In this document: positions 1-10,234 of the stretch, piece by piece
How positions within the stretch are numbered: position 1 is the first letter of the stretch
Layout: the number at the start of each line of letters is the position of its first letter
Assembly: GCA_964412825.1 (NCBI GenBank)
Contig: CAYPQH010000004.1
Span: 2,642-38,244, forward strand
Reading direction: 5' to 3'
Length of the DNA stretch: 35,603 nt
Source: an uncultured Nitrospinaceae bacterium
GTDB lineage: Bacteria; Nitrospinota; Nitrospinia; Nitrospinales; VA-1
Notes under the pieces: generated by a model
Databases searched by the model: none
Told to the model about the DNA's origin: nothing
Seen by the model: the letters and a program-made list of their open reading frames with translations, nothing else
Translations under genes and position numbers: made by a program

Positions 1-503
1 TTTAAAACTTCTTCTTTATGGTCATAAACCAGAAGCCTGTCCACTTGAATCATGTATAAATCAGGCGTTCCAAAACGATCCTCTTTTCTGGGGGGTAGTT
101 TTTCAAAATATCCTGCCAATTCGTATCCGATGATTCCAACCCAGCCGCCCCAAAAATGCGGCAGATAATCAACGGGTAGGATTCCCTCATCAAAATTCAA
201 CCTGTCCAATCCTTCCAGGGGTTCCATCTCGCGACCTGCAAGACCAACTTCATCTAACAACCACGCCTTGTTGTTTTGAATTTTTATCGATCTGGAGTTG
301 GATGTTCCCATGAATGAATATCGGGATGTGGCTTCAGGGCCTTTCCCGCTTTCAAATAAAAACGATTCCTCATCGTTGCCAAATAACTCATGGTATAAAA
401 GGGCAGGGGAGAGGTTCGGAATCGCTTTGACTCCACATACGGGAACCCGCTCCGAGACATGGCAAAGTTTAGAAAATTCTTTTGGATCGGGCAGGATGCG
501 CAT
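1..503 (-). CDS. Chorismate-binding enzyme, N-terminal part (anthranilate synthase component I / aminodeoxychorismate synthase component I family); the 3' end lies beyond the window edge
   Basis: Absent from the ORF track because no stop falls inside the window. Hand translation of the minus strand from ATG at 503-501 gives MRILPDPKEFSKLCHVSERVPVCGVKAIPNLSPALLYHELFGNDEESFLFESGKGPEATSRYSFMG...PHFWGGWVGIIGYELAGYFE. This fits the TrpE/PabB N-terminal pattern (L.ES...RYSF.G and GG.VG..gYe). I cannot separate TrpE from PabB. Confidence 0.65.
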   Translation of the reverse strand, partial: MRILPDPKEFSKLCHVSERVPVCGVKAIPNLSPALLYHELFGNDEESFLFESGKGPEATSRYSFMGTSNSRSIKIQNNKAWLLDEVGLAGREMEPLEGLDRLNFDEGILPVDYLPHFWGGWVGIIGYELAGYFEKLPPRKEDRFGTPDLYMIQVDRLLVYDHKEEVL

Positions 504-527
504 ATTTTTAAAAGTTATACCTATAAC

Positions 528-1742
528 TTATTCGTAGCGTAAAGCGTCGATGGGATTCATATTTGCGGCTTTATTGGCGGGGTAATAGCCAAAGAAAATT
601 CCGATTCCGACGGAAAAACCAAACGCCAGTAAAATGGACTCAAGGGAAACCACCGTATCCCACCCACCCATTTTGGACACGGTTTTAGCAATCACCAGCC
701 CTAGTAAAATGCCGACTCCGCCGCCTAGAAAACTCATCAAAACCGATTCGATGAGGAACTGTTCCAGGATCTCTCTCTTTTTTGCACCGACGGCTTTTCG
801 AATGCCGATTTCACGTGTCCGCTCAGTAACGGACACCAGCATGATGTTCATAATGCCAATGCCTCCGACCATCAACGATATTGCCGCGACACCGCCTAGA
901 AGATAGGTGAACGTTTTTGCCGCATCGCCCCAGCTGTTGAGCCATTGCGCGGAGTTTTGCACATGGAAGTCACTGTCCTGTCCCTCACGGATATTGTGCC
1001 TGAGGCGAAGCAGTCGGTCGATGTCTTCTTTAATAACTTCAAGGTCCTCGATATTCGCCGCCTGAACGTCGATGGATTGAACGTGGTCCATCCCGAACAA
1101 CCGTTTCTGCGCCGTGGTCACGGGAATGAACACCTGATCGTCCGGGTCGTACCAGCTCAACGCTCCCTTGGCTTCCATGCTCCCGATGATCAAATAATTT
1201 TTTCCATCGATTTTAATGGTCTTCCCCACGGGATTTTCGATATTTTCCTCGAAAAGATTTTTGATCACGGTCGCGCCCAAAACGACGACTTGCCGGAAGG
1301 TGCGGATTTCATCCGCACTAAAATACCGCCCCCGGTCAATGGTGAAATTCGCCAGGCGGCCATAATCTTTGCCTGTTCCCCTGATCGTGGTGTTGGTATT
1401 CTTACTGGCAAACTTGAGTTGCGCCGACTTGTACACCTGTGCCGCGACTCCTGTTATCAAGGGAACTCCGGACTCAATGGACCTTGCGTCTTCAAGTGTC
1501 AGCGTGACCACGCGATCGCTGGAAACATGGCGCTTCTTTTTGCGTCCCGGTTTGACTGAAATGATGTTGGTGCCGAATTTGGATATGGTACTCAGAGTTT
1601 GCTGTTTAGCCCCTTCACCGATCGCGATCATCGAAATGACCGAAGCCACGCCAATGATGATTCCGAGAGTCGTCAAAAACGTGCGCAACTTGTTGGCGAT
1701 CAGACTGCGCAAGGCCATTTTGAACAAGTCCCAGATCAGCAT
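528..1742 (-). CDS. MacB/FtsX-family ABC transporter permease with a large periplasmic domain
   Basis: 404 aa. The N-terminus LRSLIANKLRTFLTTLGIIIGVASVISM is the typical MacB/LolC TM1. A ~230-aa periplasmic domain follows, then a C-terminal FtsX-type 3-TM bundle (ERTREIGIRKAVGAKKREIL). The start overlaps the ATPase stop by 1 nt. Confidence 0.9.
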   Translation of the reverse strand: MLIWDLFKMALRSLIANKLRTFLTTLGIIIGVASVISMIAIGEGAKQQTLSTISKFGTNIISVKPGRKKKRHVSSDRVVTLTLEDARSIESGVPLITGVAAQVYKSAQLKFASKNTNTTIRGTGKDYGRLANFTIDRGRYFSADEIRTFRQVVVLGATVIKNLFEENIENPVGKTIKIDGKNYLIIGSMEAKGALSWYDPDDQVFIPVTTAQKRLFGMDHVQSIDVQAANIEDLEVIKEDIDRLLRLRHNIREGQDSDFHVQNSAQWLNSWGDAAKTFTYLLGGVAAISLMVGGIGIMNIMLVSVTERTREIGIRKAVGAKKREILEQFLIESVLMSFLGGGVGILLGLVIAKTVSKMGGWDTVVSLESILLAFGFSVGIGIFFGYYPANKAANMNPIDALRYE

Positions 1743-2425
1743 CAGGTCGCCATCTCCCCGATCATCGCGTTTTTAATTATTTTGCCATCCTTCATTAACA
1801 GGATGTGGCGGGCGTATTGAGCGATTTCCCTTTCGTGCGTGACCAACAGGACCATCACACCATCCTGATTCAATTGAGTGAAAATATTCATGATTTCTGT
1901 TCCCGTCCGGGAATCGAGATTCCCCGTGGGTTCATCGGCAAGAATGATGGCAGGTTCATTCACGATAGCACGGGCGATAGCCACGCGTTGCCTCTCGCCA
2001 CCAGAAAGTTCGGAAGGCTTGTGACGGGCGCGCTCGGCCAGGCCGACACGGTCGAGTGCCAACATTGCTTTTTTTGACGAATCGGGCACTCTCCCGTACA
2101 AAAGGGGGAGTTCGATATTTTCCAACGCCGACGCTCTCGGCAGGAGATTAAAATTTTGAAATACAAATCCAATCCGGCGGTTTCGTACTTCCGCCAATTG
2201 ATCGGGTTTCATACCCTGAATGTCAACGCCATCCAGACGATACGTTCCCGATGTGGGAAGGTCGAGGCACCCCAGCAGATTCATCAGGGTGGATTTTCCG
2301 CTTCCCGAAGGCCCCATGATGGCGACAAATTCCCCCCGGTCAAACGAGAACGTCGCGTTCTTCAGAGCCGACACTTCCACGTTGCCCAATTGATAGGTCT
2401 TGCATAAATTCCGTACGTCGATCAC
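1742..2425 (-). CDS. ABC transporter ATP-binding protein (MacB/LolD-type)
   Basis: 227 aa, GTG start. Walker [13 protein letters not shown] signature [14 protein letters not shown], Walker [13 protein letters not shown]-loop VTHE. Confidence 0.92.
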   Translation of the reverse strand: MIDVRNLCKTYQLGNVEVSALKNATFSFDRGEFVAIMGPSGSGKSTLMNLLGCLDLPTSGTYRLDGVDIQGMKPDQLAEVRNRRIGFVFQNFNLLPRASALENIELPLLYGRVPDSSKKAMLALDRVGLAERARHKPSELSGGERQRVAIARAIVNEPAIILADEPTGNLDSRTGTEIMNIFTQLNQDGVMVLLVTHEREIAQYARHILLMKDGKIIKNAMIGEMAT

Positions 2426-2528
2426 AACAGAACCCTTTTTCCTGTAAATATAATTGTGCTTGGGTTGATTATCTCAGTGAGCGGGGCCAGTAGGCAAGGG
2501 GAAACATTTTTGGAAATTTCCTGAAGTT

Positions 2529-5500
2529 TTAGTAATCCCATTCCATTTTAACACCCAGTCGGGATTCCGAATCGGCACCAATATCGCTTTCAACAGTGAT
2601 ATTGGGAGTGATTTCATATTCTATGACTGCGGCGCTTGAGTTTTCGCCAAGCCCCTGTTTGATCCCCACATAAACGCCATCCGCAACATAACTTCCCGCT
2701 TCCACACCGGGGCCGGAATCACCTCCAGAAAATTTCAACGTGTCCAACCCAAGCGACCCTCGAATATTGTCCATGAAACCCGGACCCTGGCCGCCCATTC
2801 CAGCAAGTTGCGCCGCAGAGTTTGCAAGTTGCACCGCCTCAAGAGGCGTCATGGCACCGGCGTTTTTATCGAATAATAGATTCGAAAGAATTTCATCCTG
2901 CGGTTTTTCCGGGTTAGAAGTCAGCTTTATTTTGGGATTTGAAACTGCCCCCAAAACAGACACAACAATGGTGATATTTTTTGTGGGAATTTCCGCCTTG
3001 AAATCGAGATCGGGTTCACGGTCGGGAACGCCGTCAAAACTCACCACACCCTGTTTGAATTTGATTTTTCGGCTCAGTATTTCCAATGTGCCCCGGCGCA
3101 TTTTAAAAATCCCGTCCACGCTTGGCTTCTTTGATGTCCCTGTGACTTTGAGGTCTCCTTCGAGCTGTGCGTCCACACCTCTTCCACGAATGAATATTTC
3201 GCCTGGCGCTTTTATTTGTAAATCCAGACCCAACACAAACTCTTCTTCTTTTTTATTGTCGGACTCAATTTTTATTTCACCTTTCGCAGGTTCATCTTCG
3301 GCTTCTTCCACATCCAAAACAACCACGCTTGGTGGAAGAGAATTGGGTACATATATGTCGGCATGATCAATGCTAATCACACCCTTTAAAAGTGCAGTAT
3401 TCAATGGGCCAACCAAATGCAGGTCACTTGTTATCTCCGCTGTGACCGTGTCGATCGCCACCAGCTTGGCGGAATCTGTAGAAAATTTAATATCGGCGAC
3501 AAATTCATCCCCATCAGACTTTTTGATGGTTCCGTTTCCTGAAATTGATCCACCATCAGGCGTTTTGGCAATCAATTGATCCAGTCGAAGGTGATTATTA
3601 TCGAATGTGGTTTTAAGGGCGATGTCGTTCAGGGTGGTTCCCAAAGTCAGGTTTTCAAAGTATCCCTCATGCAAATTCAGTGTTCCCGCAACTTGAGGTT
3701 TTTCCAAAACTCCACCCACTTTTACCAATAGATCCATTTTTCCTTTAACCTGATTCCCCGAGGCCATTAACATATTATTTAGAATGTCCAGAACGACCTG
3801 CCCCTTGACCGTGGCTTTTAATGGAGCCCCGGCGGGAACTTCGATCCCTTGCGGGTCTTGAACCATGACTAGCGGCACTTCGCCATCGACTTTAAAATCG
3901 CCCACAGAGGGTTGCGTCAAGATAAAATTCACATTTGCAAGGCCATCTTTCCAATTACCTTTTAAATTTGCATTGGCGGGCGACAAACCTTTTTTGGTAA
4001 CTTCCCTGAATGTCAAGTCACTCACGGTGAAATCCAAGTTTGCCTGAGGGTCGTCCATTTTTCCGGAAAGACCGGCTTTTCCCTTTAAGATTCCGTCAAC
4101 TCCCAATCCCGGTTGGATCTGATTCACCAAATCCAGAGAAAAATTTTCCACTTCTAAGTCAGCAAATATGCCGGCGGAATTCTTTTTAAATTTTGATGAA
4201 ACAAGTCCGTCTTGTATTTTCATAATAAATTTATTCAACTCGATATCAGACCCGGAAAGTGTCAATAGGGCAGGTTCCGTCATTGCAAAGGGGATATCTC
4301 CCACTGCGCCCAAAAATGTCTTCATGGCCAGTTTCGTGGAATCCCCGTCGAGATTCAATTTTCCTATCGTGTTGAGGTTTCCTGACGGACCTTTCTGAGG
4401 GACCGCCTGGGCCTGCAAATCGAAATCAATTTCCTGGGCGGTTCCTTGAGCCATCAAAACCAGACTCTCCAGAGAGCCCTTTGGATGAACCGCCTCAGAA
4501 ATCGTCAACTGACTTTGGATCTGCGGGTCTTCAAGAGCGTTTGTAATGACTGCCGTTAAATTTACGGCTTTGACTGAAAGAGGGGTGTCGGCATCCAGTT
4601 TAAAATTTTCAACCCGCGATACAAACGTCACAACCTGCCCGGACTCCTCACTAAAATTAACTCCAAACCGGGTATTGGCCGAAAGGTTTTGTCCCGTCAA
4701 TTTTTTGATCGGGGTGTAATCAAGGATATTTCCATTTAAAGCCCCAGTGATCCCAACGGGCTTGAGATTCACCAGCAAATCGCCGACAATTTCCGCCCCC
4801 ACAGCCTTAACGGTGATATTTTTTAATTTCAATCGATCGTCCGACTGCATGAAAAATTCCGTTGACGTGGAGGCATCCATTTCATTGAGCCTCACTTTCG
4901 TTGCTAGAGTCCCCGAAGGATTTTTTAATAAATTTCCCACCGTCAAATCCACTCGGGCCTCATCCACTGCAAGACCGTCCACAATCAGGTTTTTACTTAC
5001 AATTTTTGTCGTTATAGTAGGAGAGTCCATAGCGCCGTTGGCTTTCCCCCAAATGGCCAATTGACCGGACAGATTTTTTTTGGCAATTTCGGACAGTTCT
5101 GCAAGACGCGGAAAAAGAATGTACCAATCGGAGTCGAGTCTTTGATCGTCCGTTATCGCGGCGTTGAAAAGTCCGGAAACTGCCGCCCCGTTGAGTTCAA
5201 ATGCTTCCACTTGAGTCATTCCCGTTTTATTCCGGCGAACAACCCCCTTCAGCGTGACCTGATCTCCCAATATCGTTTTGACCTCAGGAAACTCGGTTTC
5301 AAGATTTTGCAATATTGAAGAAAATTTTACCTGCACCGTTTGCCCTAATTCCCGCGCCTCTATTTCCATACCGACATTCAAGCTTCCCGCAATTTTGGTT
5401 TTCGCAATTCCAGAAAACCCGGACAGGTCAGGAGAATTGATGACGGCGTTGATGTTGGCGTTTTGTCCCCATTGGTCGATTTTCCCCTTTAGAGCGAGAG

Positions 5501-6926
5501 TTAAATTTTCAATGGAGGTATCAAATTGTTCCAAGTCTATATGCTGTTGATCCAGGTTGACGGTTGTGGCTAATTTCCATTTCAATTTATCGGGGATGAG
5601 TTGTTCAATAGCCGGGTCGAGTCCCTTCGGTTGCGATAGAAAACCATTTCCAGTAATGCCCACAACCACCCCCTTCTGCCCAAAAGCTCGGTCCGGGGAA
5701 ACATCGAAATTCACGTTCATCAGTGGAACAGTCAACTCCTTTTGAGACAATGAAACCGCTGTAAGGTTCAGGCCAATGTCAGGCTGGGTCATCAGCCCCT
5801 TTGTTGTTCCTGAAACTTTCAGGGACTTCCAGTGCAGACCGGGAGCCAGGGATTGGTAATATCGGTCGTCCTTTGGAATGAGGCTGTACTGCAAATCGAT
5901 TTTTTGATCCTCAATATAGACATTCCCTTTAAGACCAATTTGAAAGGCGGCGTTGGAAATATCAAAATCACTAATTTTCAAGTTTTCTGGAGAATCGAAA
6001 ATCAGGTGCGTGGTCAGAGTTACAGGGTTCTGCAAAATTTCCTTGTATTGTGGATCTATCAAGGAAGAAATATTGGCGTTCATCAAAAGATCGAGATTGT
6101 ACTTTTCGCTGGCGATTGTCGTGACGTGGGCTGTTCCGTCCAAATTGACGGATTCTCCGGCATGAAAATTAAAACGGCTTTTCCAGTCCTCCAAATCACC
6201 TTCACCCTGAATCGTGGCGGACATTTCAGGATGATCGGGAATGTTCAATGCACGAACAAGAATTCCACCTGCCGGTTCCTGTGCTTTCAGATTGAGCGTC
6301 AGGTTTTTACTGGAAGGAATGAAAGAAGCATCTAAATCCAAAGACCCTGGCGTCTGGTCGATGCGTCTCGCGTTCAGCATCAACGATAATCCCTGGGAAA
6401 GGCCCAAATAGGCCAGCTGGCTTTCAAATGAAAGCATGACGCTTTCGCCTAAAACTTTCTCGCCCAAGCGTATCGTTTGCGCTCCAAAATGATCGACTTC
6501 CACCGAGACGGGCAATACGGGCAGTCCCCCTGATTTTTCATTGGGACTTTCGACTGCTATGGTTTCTTTATTGACAGGTTTACGAAACAGATCAATCGTT
6601 TGAAATGAGATCTCCCTGATTTTAACTTTACCTTCAAAAAGTTCCCAGGGATTCCAGCGGGCTTCCACGCGATCGATTTTCAGCCAAAGCCCCTGGGTGT
6701 CAAAAACCAATAGGTCCGTCAGGATTATAGTAGATGGAAAATCACCCTCCAGTGAGCCGATTTTTATTGGCTGGCCTGCGGACTGAGACGCATTCTCTAT
6801 CATCTGTACCAGTTTTTGCTTGCCGGAAGGTGTTTGGATGATCTCAAACGTGGCCCAAACCGCGAACAAAACCACAATCAGAAAAAAACAAAATGCCAAC
6901 CCTATGTTTTGTAAAATACGTTTCAT
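2529..6926 (-). CDS. tamB: Translocation and assembly module subunit TamB (AsmA-like, C-terminal DUF490-type domain)
   Basis: 1465 aa with an N-terminal signal-anchor helix (IGLAFCFFLIVVLFAVWATF). The body is long, beta-rich and repetitive. The C-terminal region (LSNLLFDK...LGLDTLKF...YVGIKQGL...SRLGVKMEWDY) is typical of TamB. It lies 9 nt downstream of an Omp85-family gene. Confidence 0.85.
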   Translation of the reverse strand: MKRILQNIGLAFCFFLIVVLFAVWATFEIIQTPSGKQKLVQMIENASQSAGQPIKIGSLEGDFPSTIILTDLLVFDTQGLWLKIDRVEARWNPWELFEGKVKIREISFQTIDLFRKPVNKETIAVESPNEKSGGLPVLPVSVEVDHFGAQTIRLGEKVLGESVMLSFESQLAYLGLSQGLSLMLNARRIDQTPGSLDLDASFIPSSKNLTLNLKAQEPAGGILVRALNIPDHPEMSATIQGEGDLEDWKSRFNFHAGESVNLDGTAHVTTIASEKYNLDLLMNANISSLIDPQYKEILQNPVTLTTHLIFDSPENLKISDFDISNAAFQIGLKGNVYIEDQKIDLQYSLIPKDDRYYQSLAPGLHWKSLKVSGTTKGLMTQPDIGLNLTAVSLSQKELTVPLMNVNFDVSPDRAFGQKGVVVGITGNGFLSQPKGLDPAIEQLIPDKLKWKLATTVNLDQQHIDLEQFDTSIENLTLALKGKIDQWGQNANINAVINSPDLSGFSGIAKTKIAGSLNVGMEIEARELGQTVQVKFSSILQNLETEFPEVKTILGDQVTLKGVVRRNKTGMTQVEAFELNGAAVSGLFNAAITDDQRLDSDWYILFPRLAELSEIAKKNLSGQLAIWGKANGAMDSPTITTKIVSKNLIVDGLAVDEARVDLTVGNLLKNPSGTLATKVRLNEMDASTSTEFFMQSDDRLKLKNITVKAVGAEIVGDLLVNLKPVGITGALNGNILDYTPIKKLTGQNLSANTRFGVNFSEESGQVVTFVSRVENFKLDADTPLSVKAVNLTAVITNALEDPQIQSQLTISEAVHPKGSLESLVLMAQGTAQEIDFDLQAQAVPQKGPSGNLNTIGKLNLDGDSTKLAMKTFLGAVGDIPFAMTEPALLTLSGSDIELNKFIMKIQDGLVSSKFKKNSAGIFADLEVENFSLDLVNQIQPGLGVDGILKGKAGLSGKMDDPQANLDFTVSDLTFREVTKKGLSPANANLKGNWKDGLANVNFILTQPSVGDFKVDGEVPLVMVQDPQGIEVPAGAPLKATVKGQVVLDILNNMLMASGNQVKGKMDLLVKVGGVLEKPQVAGTLNLHEGYFENLTLGTTLNDIALKTTFDNNHLRLDQLIAKTPDGGSISGNGTIKKSDGDEFVADIKFSTDSAKLVAIDTVTAEITSDLHLVGPLNTALLKGVISIDHADIYVPNSLPPSVVVLDVEEAEDEPAKGEIKIESDNKKEEEFVLGLDLQIKAPGEIFIRGRGVDAQLEGDLKVTGTSKKPSVDGIFKMRRGTLEILSRKIKFKQGVVSFDGVPDREPDLDFKAEIPTKNITIVVSVLGAVSNPKIKLTSNPEKPQDEILSNLLFDKNAGAMTPLEAVQLANSAAQLAGMGGQGPGFMDNIRGSLGLDTLKFSGGDSGPGVEAGSYVADGVYVGIKQGLGENSSAAVIEYEITPNITVESDIGADSESRLGVKMEWDY

Positions 6927-6935
6927 CTGATTAAC

Positions 6936-8798
6936 CTAAAACGCCTGACCGATGCTGATATAAAAAGCAACCGGATCGTCGTTGTTACGCTTGTTGATTG
7001 GAAGAGCCAGATCCAACCTGAGTGGACCGAGTTTTGAATAGTAGCGAATGCCCAATCCCACGCCCCATTGTAGTTTCTGGTCGAATTTTGGAATTTCATC
7101 ATCGAAAACATTACCGCCATCGATGAAAGGCACCAGCCCGAAATTTTTGTAGCGTAATCGAACTTCCGCCCCCACTTCGATGACACTTCTTCCACCGATT
7201 GGATCATCAGCGCCATCACGAGGTCCGACATTTTGAAATGCATACCCACGGACCGACCCGCCGCCGCCTGAAAAATAGCGTTTGTCCGCCGGGATATCGG
7301 TGGTCGACGCGCCCAGCATACTGCCGACAAGCATCCGCCCGGCAAGCACCACTCCTTTGGTGATTTCAAAATACCCCTTACTGCCCAGTTTGATCTTGGT
7401 GAAGTTCCCTCCCGGTCCCGCTACCGTCGTGTAGGGAGTGATCCGAATTTCATTTCGGAATCCATTTTTAGGGTCCAGTAAATCCCGGGTCGTGTCCTGT
7501 TTGAGTGACATAGGAAGTCCAAACAAAGCGAAACTGTTCTTACCGGTATCATCCTCAATAGTAGAGTACTCCCCAATAACCCCAATGCTGAATGAAAAGG
7601 TTTTTCCCAGGGGACGACTGATTCCCAGAGAACCGGAAATAGCCTTACGTTTAAATGCGTTCGGATTTTCATCGACCAGTTCTGTGTTGAATAATAAATT
7701 CTGTTTGCGGGACAAAAAATCAGGTTTTTGAAAATCCAGTACAAGTTTTCGATTGATATTGCTCAAATTATTTTGACCGATACGAGCCAGCCGACCTGTC
7801 ACTTTAAGTTTTTCTCCGCGACCGAAAAAATTGCGATGGCCCCAAAAGGCATTCATACCCAGTCCATCAGTGGTGGAAAAATCTCCTCCAAATCCAAAAT
7901 AACGAAACTGCCTTTCCTTTACATTTATATTGACCGGAGTGAGTTGAGGTTCTTCCGTATGTTCCGTCGATTCGGTTGGTTCGGGAACCGCGATCTTTAT
8001 AGATGAAAAAAGATCCAACCCGGAAAGATCAGATCGGAATCTTTCCAAAACTCCAGGTTCGTACCTGTCTCCATATTTCCATGGAATGCGGTTGAAAATA
8101 AAATTCCTCTCCACTTGCTCCAAACCTTGAATGTTGATGTCGCCCAGCAGTACGCTTCTGCCCGGTAACACAGTCAAGACAACGTCCATGGTATTTTTAT
8201 TTCGATTGACCCGAAGAGAACGTTTGCCAATCCGTACATGGGGATACCCCGCGAGTTTGGCTCTGGCGAGCAATTCTCTTTCTGCATCGAGAACCGCTCG
8301 ACCTTTCGCGACGTCTCCCTTTTTTAACGCGGGTGACAAGTCTTCCAATCCAGGATGATCTATCCCTTGAATTTTAATTTTGTCGAAAAGAAAAACTGTT
8401 CCGGTAGCAATGATAATCTCCACTTTGGAAGATTCACTCGCAGAAATCTGGCTGGGCAAAATATTTTGGATAGAATGTCCTGCAATTTCTATTTGAATTT
8501 TTCCAGAAAAATAACCGAAGGATTTCAAAACATTCTGAATGCGTTTTTCATCGGAGCGACCACGATGAATCAATATGGATGTTCTTAAAAGGGGGGTTTT
8601 GGCAAGTTGGACCAAATTGGATGAGGCTTTAATGGCTTTCACCAATTCGTCATTTTCAACACCCTTGATTTCAACTTGATAGGTGAACTCCTGACCATAT
8701 GAAGGGGAGGGGGAAAGCAGTATCCACCCCAAAATCATTCCCAATGTCAAACAGCAGAACATTAGAGAATGAAATATTTTTTGTAACAAAATTTTCAA
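6936..8798 (-). CDS. tamA: Omp85-family outer membrane protein, TamA-like (POTRA domains plus 16-strand barrel)
   Basis: 620 aa with a signal peptide ending SYGQE and POTRA-like N-terminal repeats. The barrel region has GGGGSVRGY and ends in ...YISIGQAF, the aromatic C-terminal beta-signal. The size fits TamA rather than BamA, and tamB is adjacent. The start is a TTG and could instead be the internal ATG near 8762. Confidence 0.8.
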   Translation of the reverse strand: MKILLQKIFHSLMFCCLTLGMILGWILLSPSPSYGQEFTYQVEIKGVENDELVKAIKASSNLVQLAKTPLLRTSILIHRGRSDEKRIQNVLKSFGYFSGKIQIEIAGHSIQNILPSQISASESSKVEIIIATGTVFLFDKIKIQGIDHPGLEDLSPALKKGDVAKGRAVLDAERELLARAKLAGYPHVRIGKRSLRVNRNKNTMDVVLTVLPGRSVLLGDINIQGLEQVERNFIFNRIPWKYGDRYEPGVLERFRSDLSGLDLFSSIKIAVPEPTESTEHTEEPQLTPVNINVKERQFRYFGFGGDFSTTDGLGMNAFWGHRNFFGRGEKLKVTGRLARIGQNNLSNINRKLVLDFQKPDFLSRKQNLLFNTELVDENPNAFKRKAISGSLGISRPLGKTFSFSIGVIGEYSTIEDDTGKNSFALFGLPMSLKQDTTRDLLDPKNGFRNEIRITPYTTVAGPGGNFTKIKLGSKGYFEITKGVVLAGRMLVGSMLGASTTDIPADKRYFSGGGGSVRGYAFQNVGPRDGADDPIGGRSVIEVGAEVRLRYKNFGLVPFIDGGNVFDDEIPKFDQKLQWGVGLGIRYYSKLGPLRLDLALPINKRNNDDPVAFYISIGQAF

Positions 8799-8899
8799 AT
8801 TGATAGGTCTTGAAGAGGTTATTTCAGAAAACTGTTATTGGTCCATACTGGAACCAAATAGTAAACAAACTCAGGTCCTGTTCTTAAATTTGAAGATTA

Positions 8900-10234
8900 C
8901 TATTTTGACCGGATCATCCAGAGAATTTTTTTCAATGCCGATCCCTTCTTTTTCTTTTCTCCGGTTTCAGCAAGCAGTTTCTCCCAGTCGCCCAAAATGA
9001 CTTTTTGACCTGCTTCCAAACCCGATATAACCTGGGTGTGAATGGGATTTTCTATGCCAATTTCAATGGGGATTTTTTTTGGTTTGCCATTCTCCAGAAC
9101 CACCACATAATTCGCGTCCCCTTCTTTTCTCACTGCGCCTCTAGAAAGGTAAAGCGTTTCTTTGGCCGAGGCAGTAACAATTTCTATATTGGAGGACATC
9201 ATCGGTTTTAATATATTTTTCGCCGATCCCAGGGCTTCTATTTTTACCTTGAAGATGGTGATGCTGTTTTCAACCTTCCCCTGAGGGGCGATGCGTTTCA
9301 CTTTTCCCTGAAATTTTCTTTCGGGATATGCGTCGGCAGTAATGGTGACCGATTGGCCGGTTTCAACGGCGCCAATGTCGGTTTCATCGACATCCGCGAT
9401 GATAAACAAACGCGACATATCAGCTATGGTCGCAAGAGCCGTGCCTCCACTGACATTGGATATTCCTGAAGCGATGATCTGCCCTTGCTCGACCAGTTTT
9501 TCAATGATGACTCCAGTAATGGGAGCAAAAATTTCTGTCTCATCCAACCGATCCTGAACTTCTTCCAAAGTAATGTCGGCCCGCTCCACATCCGCCCTGG
9601 CAAGTTCGATTTCACTTTTCTTCATCGTGATGTCATAGATAGAATCTTTCGCCGCCTGCAATTGAGCCTGAGCTTGAATCAGGTTTTCTTTATTGACCTT
9701 GAAAGCGGTTTCCGCCGCATCCAGAGTCTCCTGTGCGGCAAACTCCTGCTCGAAAAGATTCTGCTGCCGTTTCAGCTTGTCTTCTGATTCCTTTAAGCTG
9801 ACTTGAGCCGCTTCAACAGCGGAGTTGGCTTTTTTAAGATCGGTTGCATATTTTGTATCCTGCAACAGCAGAGCGGTTTGGGCTTTTCTCAATTTGGCGA
9901 CACTGCTGGATTTATCGGCCATTGCCTTTGCAACATTTCTTTGTTCGTCCGATTTGTCCAATTGAAGCAGGAGTGTGCCTTTTTTTATCCGATCGCCTTC
10001 TTCAAAAGAAAACTTCAAAACCTCGCCACTGGCTTTGGATTTCACTTCCACCTTGAAATTAGGCTCCACGACCCCGGTTGCGGATATTTTTACCGTCAAA
10101 TCCCCCCGCTGGACTTCCGTACTTTTTAATCCAACTGCCGGGTTGTCTTCTTCATCATTATCCGAGTTGGACGTAAAAATAATAACCAGAATTATTAGAA
10201 TGGATATCCCAGCATAGATAAGGGATTTTTTCAT
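8900..10234 (-). CDS. HlyD/MacA-family periplasmic adaptor (membrane fusion protein)
   Basis: 444 aa with an N-terminal anchor, a lipoyl-like half motif (G.V..v.f.EGD.IKKG.LL..LD), a long coiled-coil hairpin, the second lipoyl half (I.API.GVI) and a beta-barrel domain. It overlaps the upstream tolC-family gene by 4 nt. Confidence 0.88.
   Translation of the reverse strand: MKKSLIYAGISILIILVIIFTSNSDNDEEDNPAVGLKSTEVQRGDLTVKISATGVVEPNFKVEVKSKASGEVLKFSFEEGDRIKKGTLLLQLDKSDEQRNVAKAMADKSSSVAKLRKAQTALLLQDTKYATDLKKANSAVEAAQVSLKESEDKLKRQQNLFEQEFAAQETLDAAETAFKVNKENLIQAQAQLQAAKDSIYDITMKKSEIELARADVERADITLEEVQDRLDETEIFAPITGVIIEKLVEQGQIIASGISNVSGGTALATIADMSRLFIIADVDETDIGAVETGQSVTITADAYPERKFQGKVKRIAPQGKVENSITIFKVKIEALGSAKNILKPMMSSNIEIVTASAKETLYLSRGAVRKEGDANYVVVLENGKPKKIPIEIGIENPIHTQVISGLEAGQKVILGDWEKLLAETGEKKKKGSALKKILWMIRSK

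Noticed and set aside
298-537. 79-aa plus-strand ORF at the window start
   Set aside because: It is antisense to a convincing TrpE/PabB-family N-terminus on the minus strand (1-503), and it overlaps the permease stop. It has no RBS or motif.
2740-6335. Numerous 60-208-aa plus-strand ORFs inside tamB, and similar antisense ORFs inside tamA, macA, tolC, asnB, GDH and hemC
   Set aside because: All are embedded antisense or out of frame within long ORFs that carry clear family signatures. They are typical shadow ORFs.
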